DNA of 61,298 nucleotides, counting the filler, from Chiloscyllium plagiosum (taxonomy: Eukaryota), in NCBI RefSeq assembly GCF_004010195.1. It is 4 parts of one record of this genome, joined end to end, with 100 filler letters (N's around TTAATTAATTAA, not from the genome) between each part and the next. Parts side by side here need not be neighbours in the genome. Positions count along the whole stretch, not along the records: positions 43,070 to 54,554 come from NC_057713.1; positions 54,655 to 61,298 come from NC_057713.1; 2 more parts are not named here. One strand, written 5' to 3'. The notes beneath the pieces are model-generated. The model had not been told where the DNA came from. It did not search any database and worked only from the letters and a program-made list of their open reading frames with translations. A program made the position numbers and the translations under genes. Each line of letters begins with the position of its first letter. Within the stretch, counting starts at the first letter, position 1. This document shows, piece by piece, positions 50,233 through 61,298 of this stretch.

Positions 50233-51337
50233 GTCATCTCATCTTCATAGATGCTACCAGACCTGCTGAGTTTCTTGAGCAATTTGTTTGTATTTCTGAT
50301 TTCCAGCATCCTCAGTTCTTTGTTTTAGTTTTATATGAAGTTTTAACAAATGCACTCGGGGGCTTTTAAAAAAGATTGGATATGTCAGTTTCTGAATAAA
50401 AAGCTCACTAATCTGGCTTGAAATTAATATCTATTAATACCAGCAGATGAATGATTGGAAAATAAATTAAGTAGCTCACAGCATTGATTTTTATGGGTGC
50501 TTTGCTTCAAACAACTGCCTTTGGGTTGCAGGGTGATTATGTCCCATTTGTTATGGACAGATGTTAAGTGTACTCCATCTTAATGATGCATGGTCAATGG
50601 CCACACTAACACTCATTCTGAATACCAGAAAATAACTAATATTCTACCATTATTGACTAATTAGAAATGCAGTGTGGTTTGGAATTTATATTCCATTATC
50701 AAGACAAATATCTCCTGAGCCTTAAACTTGCTCAATAGCTTTTGACAATCATTATTATGGACAATAGATATATATCATACTTTTAAGCACTATTTATTCA
50801 TTTTTCAATAGCTGTTTACAATATTCTTTATTTTCCCATTTATAACTTAAAAAAATTAGTCAACTTAAAATCACTAAATGTTGTCATTTAGGAATTTTCA
50901 GAAAACATGATTATCACCACAGGAGAAGTTAATGAGGCACTTCATCTTTGCTGAAAGTAATTGCTTGATATACTGTATACTCACACAACCTCATGAAAGA
51001 GCAAATGGTTGTCATGGATGTCCCTGACAGGTGCACAATCAACCTCAGATTACCCTGCAAGGGAGGGTGTCTCATAAATTTCAGCAGCAGGTGAAATTAG
51101 CTATCTTCCATTGCCAATTTATGTAAACACCGATGTAATATTTTCCATGAACAGAATGCTGCCATCAAACCACAATGACATTTTGTACAGAAAAGAATAA
51201 TCTTGTGTGTTGCCAAATATGTCTGTTGTACATCATAAGGACTGATGGACCACATCAAATACCAAGTTCCTTTGATTGTCTGCAGCAGACAATGAGCCAA
51301 CCAGCTGTGCTTGCAAAACTCAATAAAAGATGGAATT

Positions 51338-51537
51338 GAAGGGCAGTGCTTGTCAATGGCCACCCGGGTGTTTTCCTATCTTCCTGGTGGTGGAAATTGA
51401 ATAAAGATTCGTGCACTTTGTCTTTCACTGTGTCTCACACCTGCACACACACACCATGGGTTCTGGGGATAAAATAAGCACTACCGCACTTAGGTGGTAG
51501 TGTGGGGGTTAAAATTTTAAAAAAAAGGAAAAAAAAA
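51338..51537 (+). mobile_element. 5'-truncated A-tailed retroelement (possibly L1/Tx1-type) with 16-bp TSD
   Basis: TSD AATAAAAGATGGAATT at 51322-51337 and 51538-51553; A-rich tail; homologous to 11330-11600. Confidence 0.75.
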
Positions 51538-52019
51538 AATAAAAGATGGAATTTTGCTATTGCACAACAGTAACTAAATAATTCCATACTACACCAAGAA
51601 TTTCAGCAGAAACAAATTTAAGATTATCAGTTAGATTTGTAGTGAGATTTATTTACATATTCTAAGAGATACATCTATTTAAGTATTGGATTCTGTCTGC
51701 GGAAGAAAAATGAATTGGTGTATTCATTGTACCCTTTTCATTGAGAAAGAAACTGCCAAACCCTGCTGCATTCCCAATGTCAACCCCTGACTAATCAGAG
51801 TCCACTTACCCTGTCTGCCACTCATCAGCTGGCTAAGATTGACAGTTAACGGATTGTGTGGCATCTCCACGCCAACAATGATCCAACCAATCAGCACCTC
51901 ATTGTATGCTACATGAATTGGTGTTCACTTTCAAAGCTTGGATTCTTGCATACCAGTCCTGATGATTGCGTGACAAAAAATAATTTCAATTGCTGAAAAA
52001 GTTGCTGATGACCGAGGAG

Positions 52020-55000
52020 TGCAGTAGACTTAGGGACACAGATGTATAGTTCCTTGAAAGTGGAGTTGCAGGTATTCGGGGTGGTGAAGAAGGTGTTTGG
52101 CATGCTTGCCTATATTGTGTATAGGAGTTGGGATGTCATGTTGCAGCTATACAGGACAGTGATGAGACCACCTTAAGAGTACTGCATACAATTCTGGTTG
52201 TTCTCCTATAGGAAGGATATCATTAAACTTGTGAGTTTGGTGCATCTGCAGGCTTAGGAAAGGAGCATAATGGTTCATTATTAACTTTATTTCTTCATTT
52301 TTCTACTTTTATGCAAAGAAAATTGTGGTGCTGAACTTTTTAAATTATTTCCTTATTTTTCGACTTCTGTAACTAAGATTATGCGCCTAGGTACTTCGTA
52401 CTTAAAATGGTGCTGTGTGTGGTGACATTGTAGACTTTTCACAGTACTCTTATACCTCGTATTTGAGTACACTTGACAATAAAACCTAAATCTAAATCTA
52501 AATTAACATAAATTGTGGTGCTGAACTTTTTAAATTATTTCCTTATTTTTCGACTTCTGTAACTAAGATTATGCGCCTAGGTACTTCGTACTCAAATACG
52601 AGGTATAAGAGTACTGTGAAAAGTCTACAATGTCACCACACACAGCACCATTTTGAGTACACTTGACAATAAAACCTAAATCTAAATCTAAATTAACATA
52701 CAGATGGATCTTGGTGTGCAAGTTCACAGTTCCCTAACAGTGGCAATGCAGGTGGATTCCTGATGAAGGGCTTTTGCCCGAAACGTTGATTTTCCGGCTC
52801 CTCGGATGCTGCCTGACCTGCTATGCTTTTCCAGCACCACTGTAATCTCGACTCGTATTTTCAGCATCTGCAGTACTCACGTTTGCCTAATGTGATTATG
52901 TGGCATATGGTATGCTTGCCTTCATCGGCTGGAGTACAAGAGTTGACAACTGATGTTGCAGCTGTATAAAATCCTTGTTTGGCCACAATTGGAGTATTGT
53001 GTGTAGTTTTAGTCGTTACATTACCAGCAAGACATGGAATCTTTGGAGACAGTGTAAAGAAGATTCACTAGGATGTTGCTTGGTCTCAAGGGCATTGGTA
53101 TGAAGAAAGATTAAAAAGACTAGGATTGTTGTCACTGGAATGACGGTGGCTGAAAGGAGACCTAATAGAAGCCTATAAAATTGAGAAGCATTGATGAGGT
53201 GGATTGTTAGAGGCTTTTCTGAGGATTTGAGGTTTCAATTACAAAGGGATGCAGGTTCAAGATGAGAGAGGGAAACTTTAAGGGAGATGTGGTTGAAGCG
53301 TGGTATGCACTGCCAGAAGAGGTGGTTGCAGCATGCATTTTGGTGACATTTAAGAGGCACCTGGATGGCTGCATAAATACAGAGTGAATAGAGAGATATG
53401 GATGAATAAAGGTAGAGGTTTTTTAGTTTAGATAGGGCATAATGATTGACACAGGCTTTGAGGGCCAAAGGGCCTGTTTCTGTGGTGTTCTTTTTATTTG
53501 TATGCTTTTCAGATTGGAGGCCAGTGATCAGTGTTGAGCCACAAGGATCGATGCTGGGTCTATTGTTTTGCATTGTTTAAATAAATCATTTGGAAGTGAA
53601 CATAGGAGGCATGGTTAGTAAGTTTGCACATGACACTAAACAGCGGAGGAAGATGGCTACCTCAGTGAGCAACGGGGTCTTGATCAGAAGGACCAATGGG
53701 CTAAAGAGTGGCAGGCAGAGTTTAATTTAGATAAATGTAAGGTGCTACATTTTGAAAAGACCAGTCAGAGCAGGACTATACACTAAATGGTAAAGATGTG
53801 AAGGGTGTGGCTGAACAGAGACCTTGGAATGCAACTTCATAGTTCCTGAAAAGTGGATTCCCAGGTAGACAGTATAGTGGCATTTGGTATGCTTGCGTTA
53901 TTGTTCAATGCATTGAGTATAGGAGTTGGGAGATCATGTTGTGGCTGTACAAGATATTGGTTAGGCCATATTTGGAACATTGCATGTAATTCTGGTTTCC
54001 CTGCAAAAGGAAAGATGTTGTGAAACTTGAAAGTGTTCAGAAAAGATTTTCAAGGATGCTGCCAGGTTTGGAGGGTTTGAACTACAGGCTGAATAGGCTG
54101 CAGCTATTTTCCCTGGTGTGTCAGTGACTGAGAGGTGACCTTTTCGAGGTTTATAAAATCATGAGGGGCATGGATAGTGTTACTACACAACAGTGAACCC
54201 CGCTGCTAATTAAACAGAACAGCCAGAAAAGCTCACCTTGCCTCATAATCTGTTAAAGTATGAGTGACAGGGAACTCCCAAATTGCAACATTTAAAGAAA
54301 AATATCAGATTAGATTCCCTACAGTGTGGAAACAGGCCATTTGGCCCAACAACTCTGGATCAGTGGTGCTGGAAGAGCACAGCAATTCAGGCAGCATCCG
54401 ACGTGCAGCAAAATCAACGTTTCGGGCAAAAGCCCTTCATCAGGAATAAAGGCAGAGAGCCTGAAGCGTGGAGAGATAAGCTAGAGGAGGGTGGGGGTGG
54501 GGAGAAAGTAGCATAGAGTACAATAGGTGAGTGGGGGAGGAGATGAAGGTGATANNNNNNNNNNNNNNNNNNNNNNNNNNNNNNNNNNNNNNNNNNNNTT
54601 AATTAATTAANNNNNNNNNNNNNNNNNNNNNNNNNNNNNNNNNNNNNNNNNNNNCTGAGGTATAGGGAGAGGCTGAACAGGCTGGGGCTGTTTTCCTTGG
54701 AGCGTCGGAGGCTGAGGGATGACCTTATAGAGGTTTATAAAATTATGAGGGGCATGTTTAGGATAAATAGACAAAGTCTTTTCCCTGGGGTCGGGGAGTC
54801 CAGAACTAAAGGGCATAGGTTTAGGGTGAGAGGGGAAAGATATAAAAGAGACCTAAGGGGCAACTTTTTCACACAGATGTACAATTGCAACATTTAAGAG
54901 GCATTTGGATGGGTATATGAATAGGAAGGGTTTGGAGGGATATTGGCCAGGTGCTGGTAGGTGGGACTAGATTGGGTTGGGATATCTGGTCAGCATGGAC

Positions 55001-55060
55001 AGGTTGGACCGAAGGGTCTGTTTCCATACTGTACATCTCTATGACTCTATGACTCTATGA
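52020..55060 (+). mobile_element. Cluster of CR1 LINE 3' fragments with nested Penelope ends (52757-52890 +, 54352-54554 -)
   Basis: Repeated CR1 C-terminal motifs (ERRRLRDDLIEVYKIM, RTKGHRF) and tails; intact HHR cores at about 52760 and 54412-54447. Confidence 0.8.
52321..52700. repeat. 190-bp tandem duplication of a LINE-like 3' end with a 73-bp segment inverted in the second copy
   Basis: Copies 52321-52510 and 52511-52700; 52398-52470 is the reverse complement of 52588-52660 (one mismatch); AATAAA plus (CTAAAT)n tail. Confidence 0.92.
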
Positions 55061-55062
55061 AT

Positions 55063-55260
55063 GAAAGTGGGTACTGCAGATGCTGGAGATTAGAGTCAAG
55101 ATTAGAGTGATGTTGGAAATTCACAGCAGGTCAGGCAGCATCCGAGGAGCAGGAAAATTGACGTTTCAGGGAAAAGGGCTTTTGCCCGAAAGATCGATTT
55201 TATTGCTCCTTGGATGCTGCCTGACCTGCTGTGCTTTTCCAGCACCACTCTAATCTTGAC
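55063..55260. mobile_element. Fold-back Penelope-derived short element with the HHR core deleted at the centre
   Basis: GTCAAGATTAGAGTG...CACTCTAATCTTGAC inverted arms. Confidence 0.8.
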
Positions 55261-56849
55261 AATTTTCTGCCTGACCTGATGTCTCCACCTGTGGGTCAAC
55301 TTAGAATGTCTACGTTTTGACCCTGCGGTACCTTGATCACAGACAAAAATGATAAGTCTCCATTTTGGTGACATCACATGTTTACTTACGTGAGGATCTT
55401 TCAAAAAAGTAATAAAATTTCTGTAGTCGATATAATGAGTTACTGTACGTGAAGCATAAGTTTGCTAAAATTTTACAGTTACCTTGCAAAGAAAATAGCT
55501 GAAAATGTGTTGCTGGAAAAGCGCAGCAGGTCAGGCAGCATCCAGGGAACAGGAGAATCGACGTTTCGGGCATAAGCCATATCCTAGTATCTAATTTGTT
55601 TTATATCCTCAACAAGTCTGTGTAACTGAGTGAAACTGGTGTTTGAAGGCCATGACTGACGGTAGAATTAGGTGTGAACGTGATGATCAGATTAACATGC
55701 TCATGGAATAGCCATTCATACTGTTTAGAAAGCAGACCTCCTTCTCACAATTAAAGTTTATGAGGAGTGCATGCAAAGTAGGAATTACTGCAATTAAATT
55801 GTCATCAATTTATAATGGTGGTTATGGGGAAGAATATTCATGCACAAAGATGAATGGGACTGTTAGGCAACAGCACCTTTGGTCAAATTACTGTCAGGAA
55901 TGAAAGGAAGAGAAGATCATTCAATTATTTTCAAGTTGTAGATGGCTCCCATTGCATTTAGAAATACATTACCAACACTAATAAGCAGTGACAAAGCCCA
56001 TGACGGATGTCCTTATGAAATGCATCAGGTAGCCACTTACATATTTACACTTTGAATAGGCAATTACAATGGACAAAATTACACAAATGAACAAATAGTC
56101 TCAGCATTATCCATGTCATGCTGTCTTTGAAACTATTTGCATCATGAATTAAAACAAAATGATGCAATAAAATTAAACGGCAAATGTAGAAATGTTGTCA
56201 TTTCAGAATAGTCTGTTTATTCTTTGATCACCCACTGAATTTCTGGACAACTTTTCTCTTGCGTGTAAATGAAATCCTCAGGATGGACTGCCAATGATAA
56301 GATTGGCGTGAATCTCAAAGTTGATTTCAGTATCATTACAGCTTGTAATGAGTTAATTTATTGCTGGCCTCACACTGTTCCACCTCTTCCAAATCAAGCT
56401 GACCTTTTCACAAAAACTATCACAAAAACATTTCAGGATTCTTCTTTTCTGCCATATGTTTATAGAGATTTATCTTCTCAAAGTATAATCAAATGCATTA
56501 TTTTTGATAATTAAGTGACCACAACTGATGAGGCAAGTTTCCACTGAAATTGGATTTCAAAATCAAATCCAGCTATTGCAACCTGTCACCTCCTAATAGA
56601 AGATTAAATGAAAATCCTTAAGGGCTGCTCACCCTCACGACACAGTCATTTGCACACAACAGACAGACAACACAGAATACTATTCAGATCCATAATACCA
56701 AATTATTATAATTTCTGATGAAAACATTGAATCTTAAAATACTATGGAAAGTAGGAGTTGTTTTGTTTTGTTCTAGCATGGATAAGAAATTGCAAAATCA
56801 AGTTGACTTGTCCATCTGAAACATAGCAAACAAATCAAGAAGGAAATGG

Positions 56850-57570
56850 TATTTGGCCTTTAGTGAAAGAACACGTGAGTGTCAAAGTAATGAACTGCAA
56901 ACATACAAAGCCTTTTCCAGTTCTGAAGAAGGGTCACTGGGCCTGAAACATTAACTCTGATTTCTCTCCACAGATGCTGCTAGACCTGCTGAGTTTTTCC
57001 ATCAATTTCTGTTTTTGTTTTGTTTCTGATTCCCAGCATCAGAAATTCTTTCATTTTTTTGTTGTTGTTTAGAGCCTTGTTGATATTGTATTTGGAGTAT
57101 CATATCTAGTTTTGGTTCCCTTACAAGGAAAAAATATAATTGCCAGAGAGGAAATCCAACAAAGTTTCATCCCTGGGATGGTGGGAATATCCTGTCAGGA
57201 GAAGCCTGTACTGTCTAGAATTTATGGGAATGAGAGGAGATCTCATTAGAATGTGCAAAATTCTCTCAAGACTCAGCAGGACGAATGCTTCTCCCAGTTA
57301 GGTGGTTTAGGGTTGGGAAGCAACATCTCAGCACAGGGGATAAGATGAGGAGAAATGTTTTCACGCTGAAATTGGTGAATCTTTAGCATTCTCTACCCTA
57401 GAGGGCTGAAGAGGTTTAGCCATTGACTATTCAAAGCAGGGATTGACAGGTTTTTACATATTAATGAAATCAAGGAATATGAGGGTTGCGAAAAAATATT
57501 ATTGAGGTAGATGACCTCGTTGAATGACAGAGCAGGCTTGAGGGGCTGAATAGATGCCACTTTTCTATTT
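56850..57570 (+). mobile_element. Old CR1 fragment with an inserted Penelope end (HHR-like GTT-CTGAAGA...GAAACATT-AAC at about 56920)
   Basis: CR1 3' motifs; CAGATGCTGCTAGACCTGCTGAG terminus. Confidence 0.6.
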
Positions 57571-58393
57571 TATATTAACCCTAGTTCATTCCTGGATGGG
57601 GGGTCAAAACAATAAGCTGTAAAATTTGGAAATACTAGTTATACAAAACAAATTGAACCAATACGTGTCATTCACATATTTTATAAGTTTCTCCTTCTGA
57701 CATAAAAACAGGTCTTGTTTCACTTCCAGTAGTCCTTGGGTAGATACCGAAGAAACCTTGAATCAAAGAATTATTCAGCACAGAGAAAGGCCTTTCAGCC
57801 CACTATGTCAAAATTTGCTCTTTGAAGGAATCATTCAGTTAGTCCCACTCTCCTATTGTCCTCTAAACAGCAAATTACTTATTTTTACTTTGAAAAATTA
57901 AATCTGCCAATTCTACTTTGAAAATTGAATCTGCTTCGGCAACCTTTCCAGCTAATACTTTGCAATAAAAATTCTCCCTCCTTCTTTGGTCATTCTGCAG
58001 TATTCACAGTCATGGTTAACATCCTCCAGGAACCCTGAAAGCTATACCTGGAGATAGGAGGCTGCAGTTGTAATGTAACTGGTCTCACCAAATTTAGAAT
58101 TTACTCAAGGTAGACCTATTTATGCCCAACCAGCCCAGAGACATTTCTGCCTGACATGTTGAATCCAGATTCACAGAAAAAGTTGTCAGTCTGTAATATC
58201 CAATTAACAAGATAAAGAAAAGGTTTAACACAGCTTTATTCCTGGGATTCAGTGTGAGTTTATGTCTCTTCTGGCAGATGGTTGAAGTGTTGATGGGGCT
58301 GTTGATGGTTTATATTCATCTCAGATCTTGTGACCATGACACAGATCTGTTACAGCTCAACTGAAGAAGCACATTTGTTTGAAATTATGGAGA

Positions 58394-58461
58394 TCATTCC
58401 AATTGAGCAGTACAGCTCTCTGCTTTTCCATAGAGAATATCATTTACTTTTCCATTTGCTC
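58394..58461 (-). CDS. Candidate terminal coding exon, (G)ANGKVNDILYGKAESCTAQLE*
   Basis: Minus-strand acceptor TTTTTTTTTATTTAAATTTGCAG; stop at 58394-58396; AATAAA at 58235-58240 (-) followed by a U-rich tract. Confidence 0.3.
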
Positions 58462-59039
58462 CTGCAAATTTAAATAAAAAAAAAGCTCCACTGGCTGAAC
58501 AAACAGGCAAACTGTTCTGAGAGTTGTCTAATTTGTGAATAGCAAATGGCCTATCATCTTACCAGCATGATCAGTATGAATCACCTCCTGACACTCCCTC
58601 AATGCCTGTGGGTGGCTCGCTCAATTATTTTTGTGTGGCCCATTAAAACTGTGTTGAAAATTAATCAAGTCAATAATAATTATGGGAGGGTTACATTATG
58701 ACCACAAAACAAAACAAAATAATTGTCGTAAATTCTCAATGTAGTATATCAGTTTGAGGGATTTTCCTGTTGTTGTTAGAAGGATTTGAAATAATAGATA
58801 TGGAGAAACTATTACCACTGATGAGGAAAAAAGAATGTGGGGATTAATGAACATTAAGACATCAGAGATAAGAACAGAAGAAGACCATTCAGTCCATAAG
58901 GCACCAACATTTACAAATATCATGTCTCATCTTGGGCTCCAAATCTGTTTTATCATTGCAGAAAGGCACTGTACCTTTTATACAAGAGCATTGCATCACA
59001 TCAAACATTGTTTATTTGTCTGTGTGTCATGTCACCTTT

Positions 59040-59274
59040 AAGAAAAGTTCCACGAGGCCAATATCCTCTCACCAAGTCACCCTTTAATCACACATGGAGA
59101 ATCATTGGCACTAATTCAGCTCCCGCAGAATCAATCCTCAGAGTGAGCAAGATATCTGACACTCCTCTTTATATTTTTCAACCAGGTTTCCCTGCTTGGA
59201 CTAGGTTAATTGCCCCAATCAGGGAAGTCATATTCTATGGAGTCCACCTGGCTGACCTTGTTAAGATCACTACA
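59040..59274 (-). mobile_element. Solo LTR of the Gypsy family seen at 11610
   Basis: Minus strand starts TGTAGTGATC; its GGAGTGTCAG...GGATATTGGCCTCGTGGAA matches 11610-11755. Confidence 0.7.
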
Positions 59275-60979
59275 GCCTTAGTTCTCTGAGAAACTGAGTA
59301 TCTGTCTACCTTAACTATATTCAACAATGACAAATTCACTGACCTCTGGGTTGGTAAATTCTGAAGAGTGACAACCCTTGGAGAAATGTTTCCATATCCC
59401 AGTCTTCAATGATTGGCCTTGTAACTGAGCCTCTTTGTTCTGGATTCCCCAGTCTGGGGATACAACTTCTAGTATTCCCATGTCAGAATCTTTCAGGCAG
59501 CTGAAGATTTTACTGGATTCAAAATGAATCTGTGGAGTGGCGAAAATGGTGGCTGAGACCCAGTTTCATGATTCCTGAAAACAAATCTCTAAAAAAATCC
59601 AACACGTCTGGAACTTTGCCAAAAAACACTTAAGATTCATCCTTGAGACACTCTACACAATCAGAATTTTCTGGCCAGGGGTCTACCACACAGGTAATTG
59701 TGTCATTTACAAAGTTGCCTGGCTTTTAATAATTATTCCCTAAAGCTAAAGAGATTATTTATACGCTACATACTGCATCTTAAACCTGACTTTATAAAAG
59801 TTTTAGTAAGTTATGACACATAATGTACAAATGAAAACTTTTTGCCATAATTCTTCATCCAATCAATCATTTTTATGCAACTTTCATAGTTTCTATTGCA
59901 ACTTTCATCCTTTCTATTGTGTTACTGTGTACAGTTTGTGATTTTGATTGACATTTAATTAATTTCCTTTTGCATCCCCACAAGCTACTTCAAATCTCCC
60001 AACATATTGTCTCTCCTTTACACTCAGTTTATCTTTAGGGCAGGAACTGGATTTCAAAAGCAATTATCTGGGAAAATAAAAGGGATTAAAAGGAAAAATA
60101 ATCGACTGATTACTGCATCATATACTTATAGCTCTTATACTATCCAAGAGGTTCATTATGACTTGTAGACTGCAGATTCTCTTCTTCACGCTTGCTCACT
60201 TCCCAGAAGGAAAGCTCATAATTTGATTCCAGGTGCTTGATTTCTTGGTTGTGACATTTTGTTTTCCATTGGTTTATTATCTATCTTGCTTCCTGAAGCA
60301 AAATTATTTCAGTGTTTTGATTTTACATGTCTACCGAGCTATACTGAATGGATCCAGCAATATGGGCAATCTGTCACATCGAAAGTTCAGTCCACTTTAA
60401 TTTCCTTTTCATTGAAGCACATCACTGACAATGGCCAGTGTGGGGTAACCTGAACATACAAACAATTTCTGTAAAATTACAAGATATTTCTTTAAGCAAA
60501 GTTAAAACCAAGTGAGGAGATGTTCCCCTCTACTTAACCTCCACCATTAGCCACAATAAATGTTTAAACTTCTATTTGCCATGAGGTTATACACCTCTCT
60601 CGAATAAGGATGTGTAATTGTCCTATGTCAACTGTAATAATAAGCCAAATATACGATTTTCTTGAATGAAAGGAAGCAATTCTATTATCTGTTAGCTCAA
60701 GAGAAAAAAAAGATACAGCATCACACATCATGATATAAAGTTTAAAAAGCATAGTGTCTGGTATACAGTAAAAGGTAGATGAAAGCAAAATACAACTTAG
60801 GGTATTCTTGAGAATTAAGGTGTCATCAAGAGACCACAATTGTTTGATTGGTGCCTTGTATTGAGAGCAGCAGTGAATATTCTACTTGTCCTTTGAGTTC
60901 TCAGTGTACCGATATTTACTTTTAATGAGCATTGTTAGTGGACACTTTTCTTCCTTGAGAGTCAGAGAGAGCAGTTTAT

Positions 60980-61298
60980 ATAGAACATAGAACATAGAAG
61001 AATACAGCGCAGTACAGGCCCTTCGGCCCTCGATGTTGCGCCGATCCAAGCCCACCTAACCTACATTAGCCCACTATCCTCCATATGCCTATCCAATGCC
61101 CGCTTAAATGCCCATAATGAGGGAGAGTCCACCACTGCTACTGGCAGGGCATTCCATGAACTCATGACTCGCTGAGTAAAGAACCTACCCCTAACATCTG
61201 TCCTATACCTACCCCCCCTTAATTTAAAGCTATGCCCCCTTGTAATAGCTTCTTAACCTGGGTGGCAATGTCCAGGGATCTATGTACATGGACACTGA
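60980..61298 (-). mobile_element. CR1 LINE 3' end
   Basis: Reverse complement of the tail at 15115-15285, (TTCTATG)n. Confidence 0.85.

Noticed and set aside
1..61298. CRISPR arrays, operons or prokaryotic systems
   Set aside because: Eukaryotic repeat-rich DNA with no regularly spaced repeat-spacer arrays or gene-dense segments

Overview
Vertebrate genomic DNA that is mostly non-coding and very repeat-dense. The repeat set (HE1-type SINEs, CR1/HER1-type LINEs, Penelope-like elements) points to a cartilaginous fish, probably a shark (inference). No complete cellular gene is visible; there are only two tentative terminal exons (3037-3134 + and 58394-58461 -). The centre (about 11.6-28.2 kb) is a nested retroelement pile. 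A decayed Gypsy element (+) meets tail-to-tail with a heavily interrupted, pol-deleted retrovirus-like element (-) that has a gag with a CCHC knuckle and an env-like glycoprotein remnant, possibly lokiretrovirus-like. At least five sequence families of minimal hammerhead ribozymes (HHR) occur in Penelope termini. Short (about 200 bp) fold-back Penelope derivatives flanked by 10-20 bp target-site duplications (TSDs) appear to be independently mobile. Other points: a 190-bp tandem duplication with an internal 73-bp inversion, possible Harbinger relics, and assembly gaps carrying an artificial TTAATTAATTAA linker. Coordinates of decayed repeats are approximate, and family names come from recognition, not database searches.
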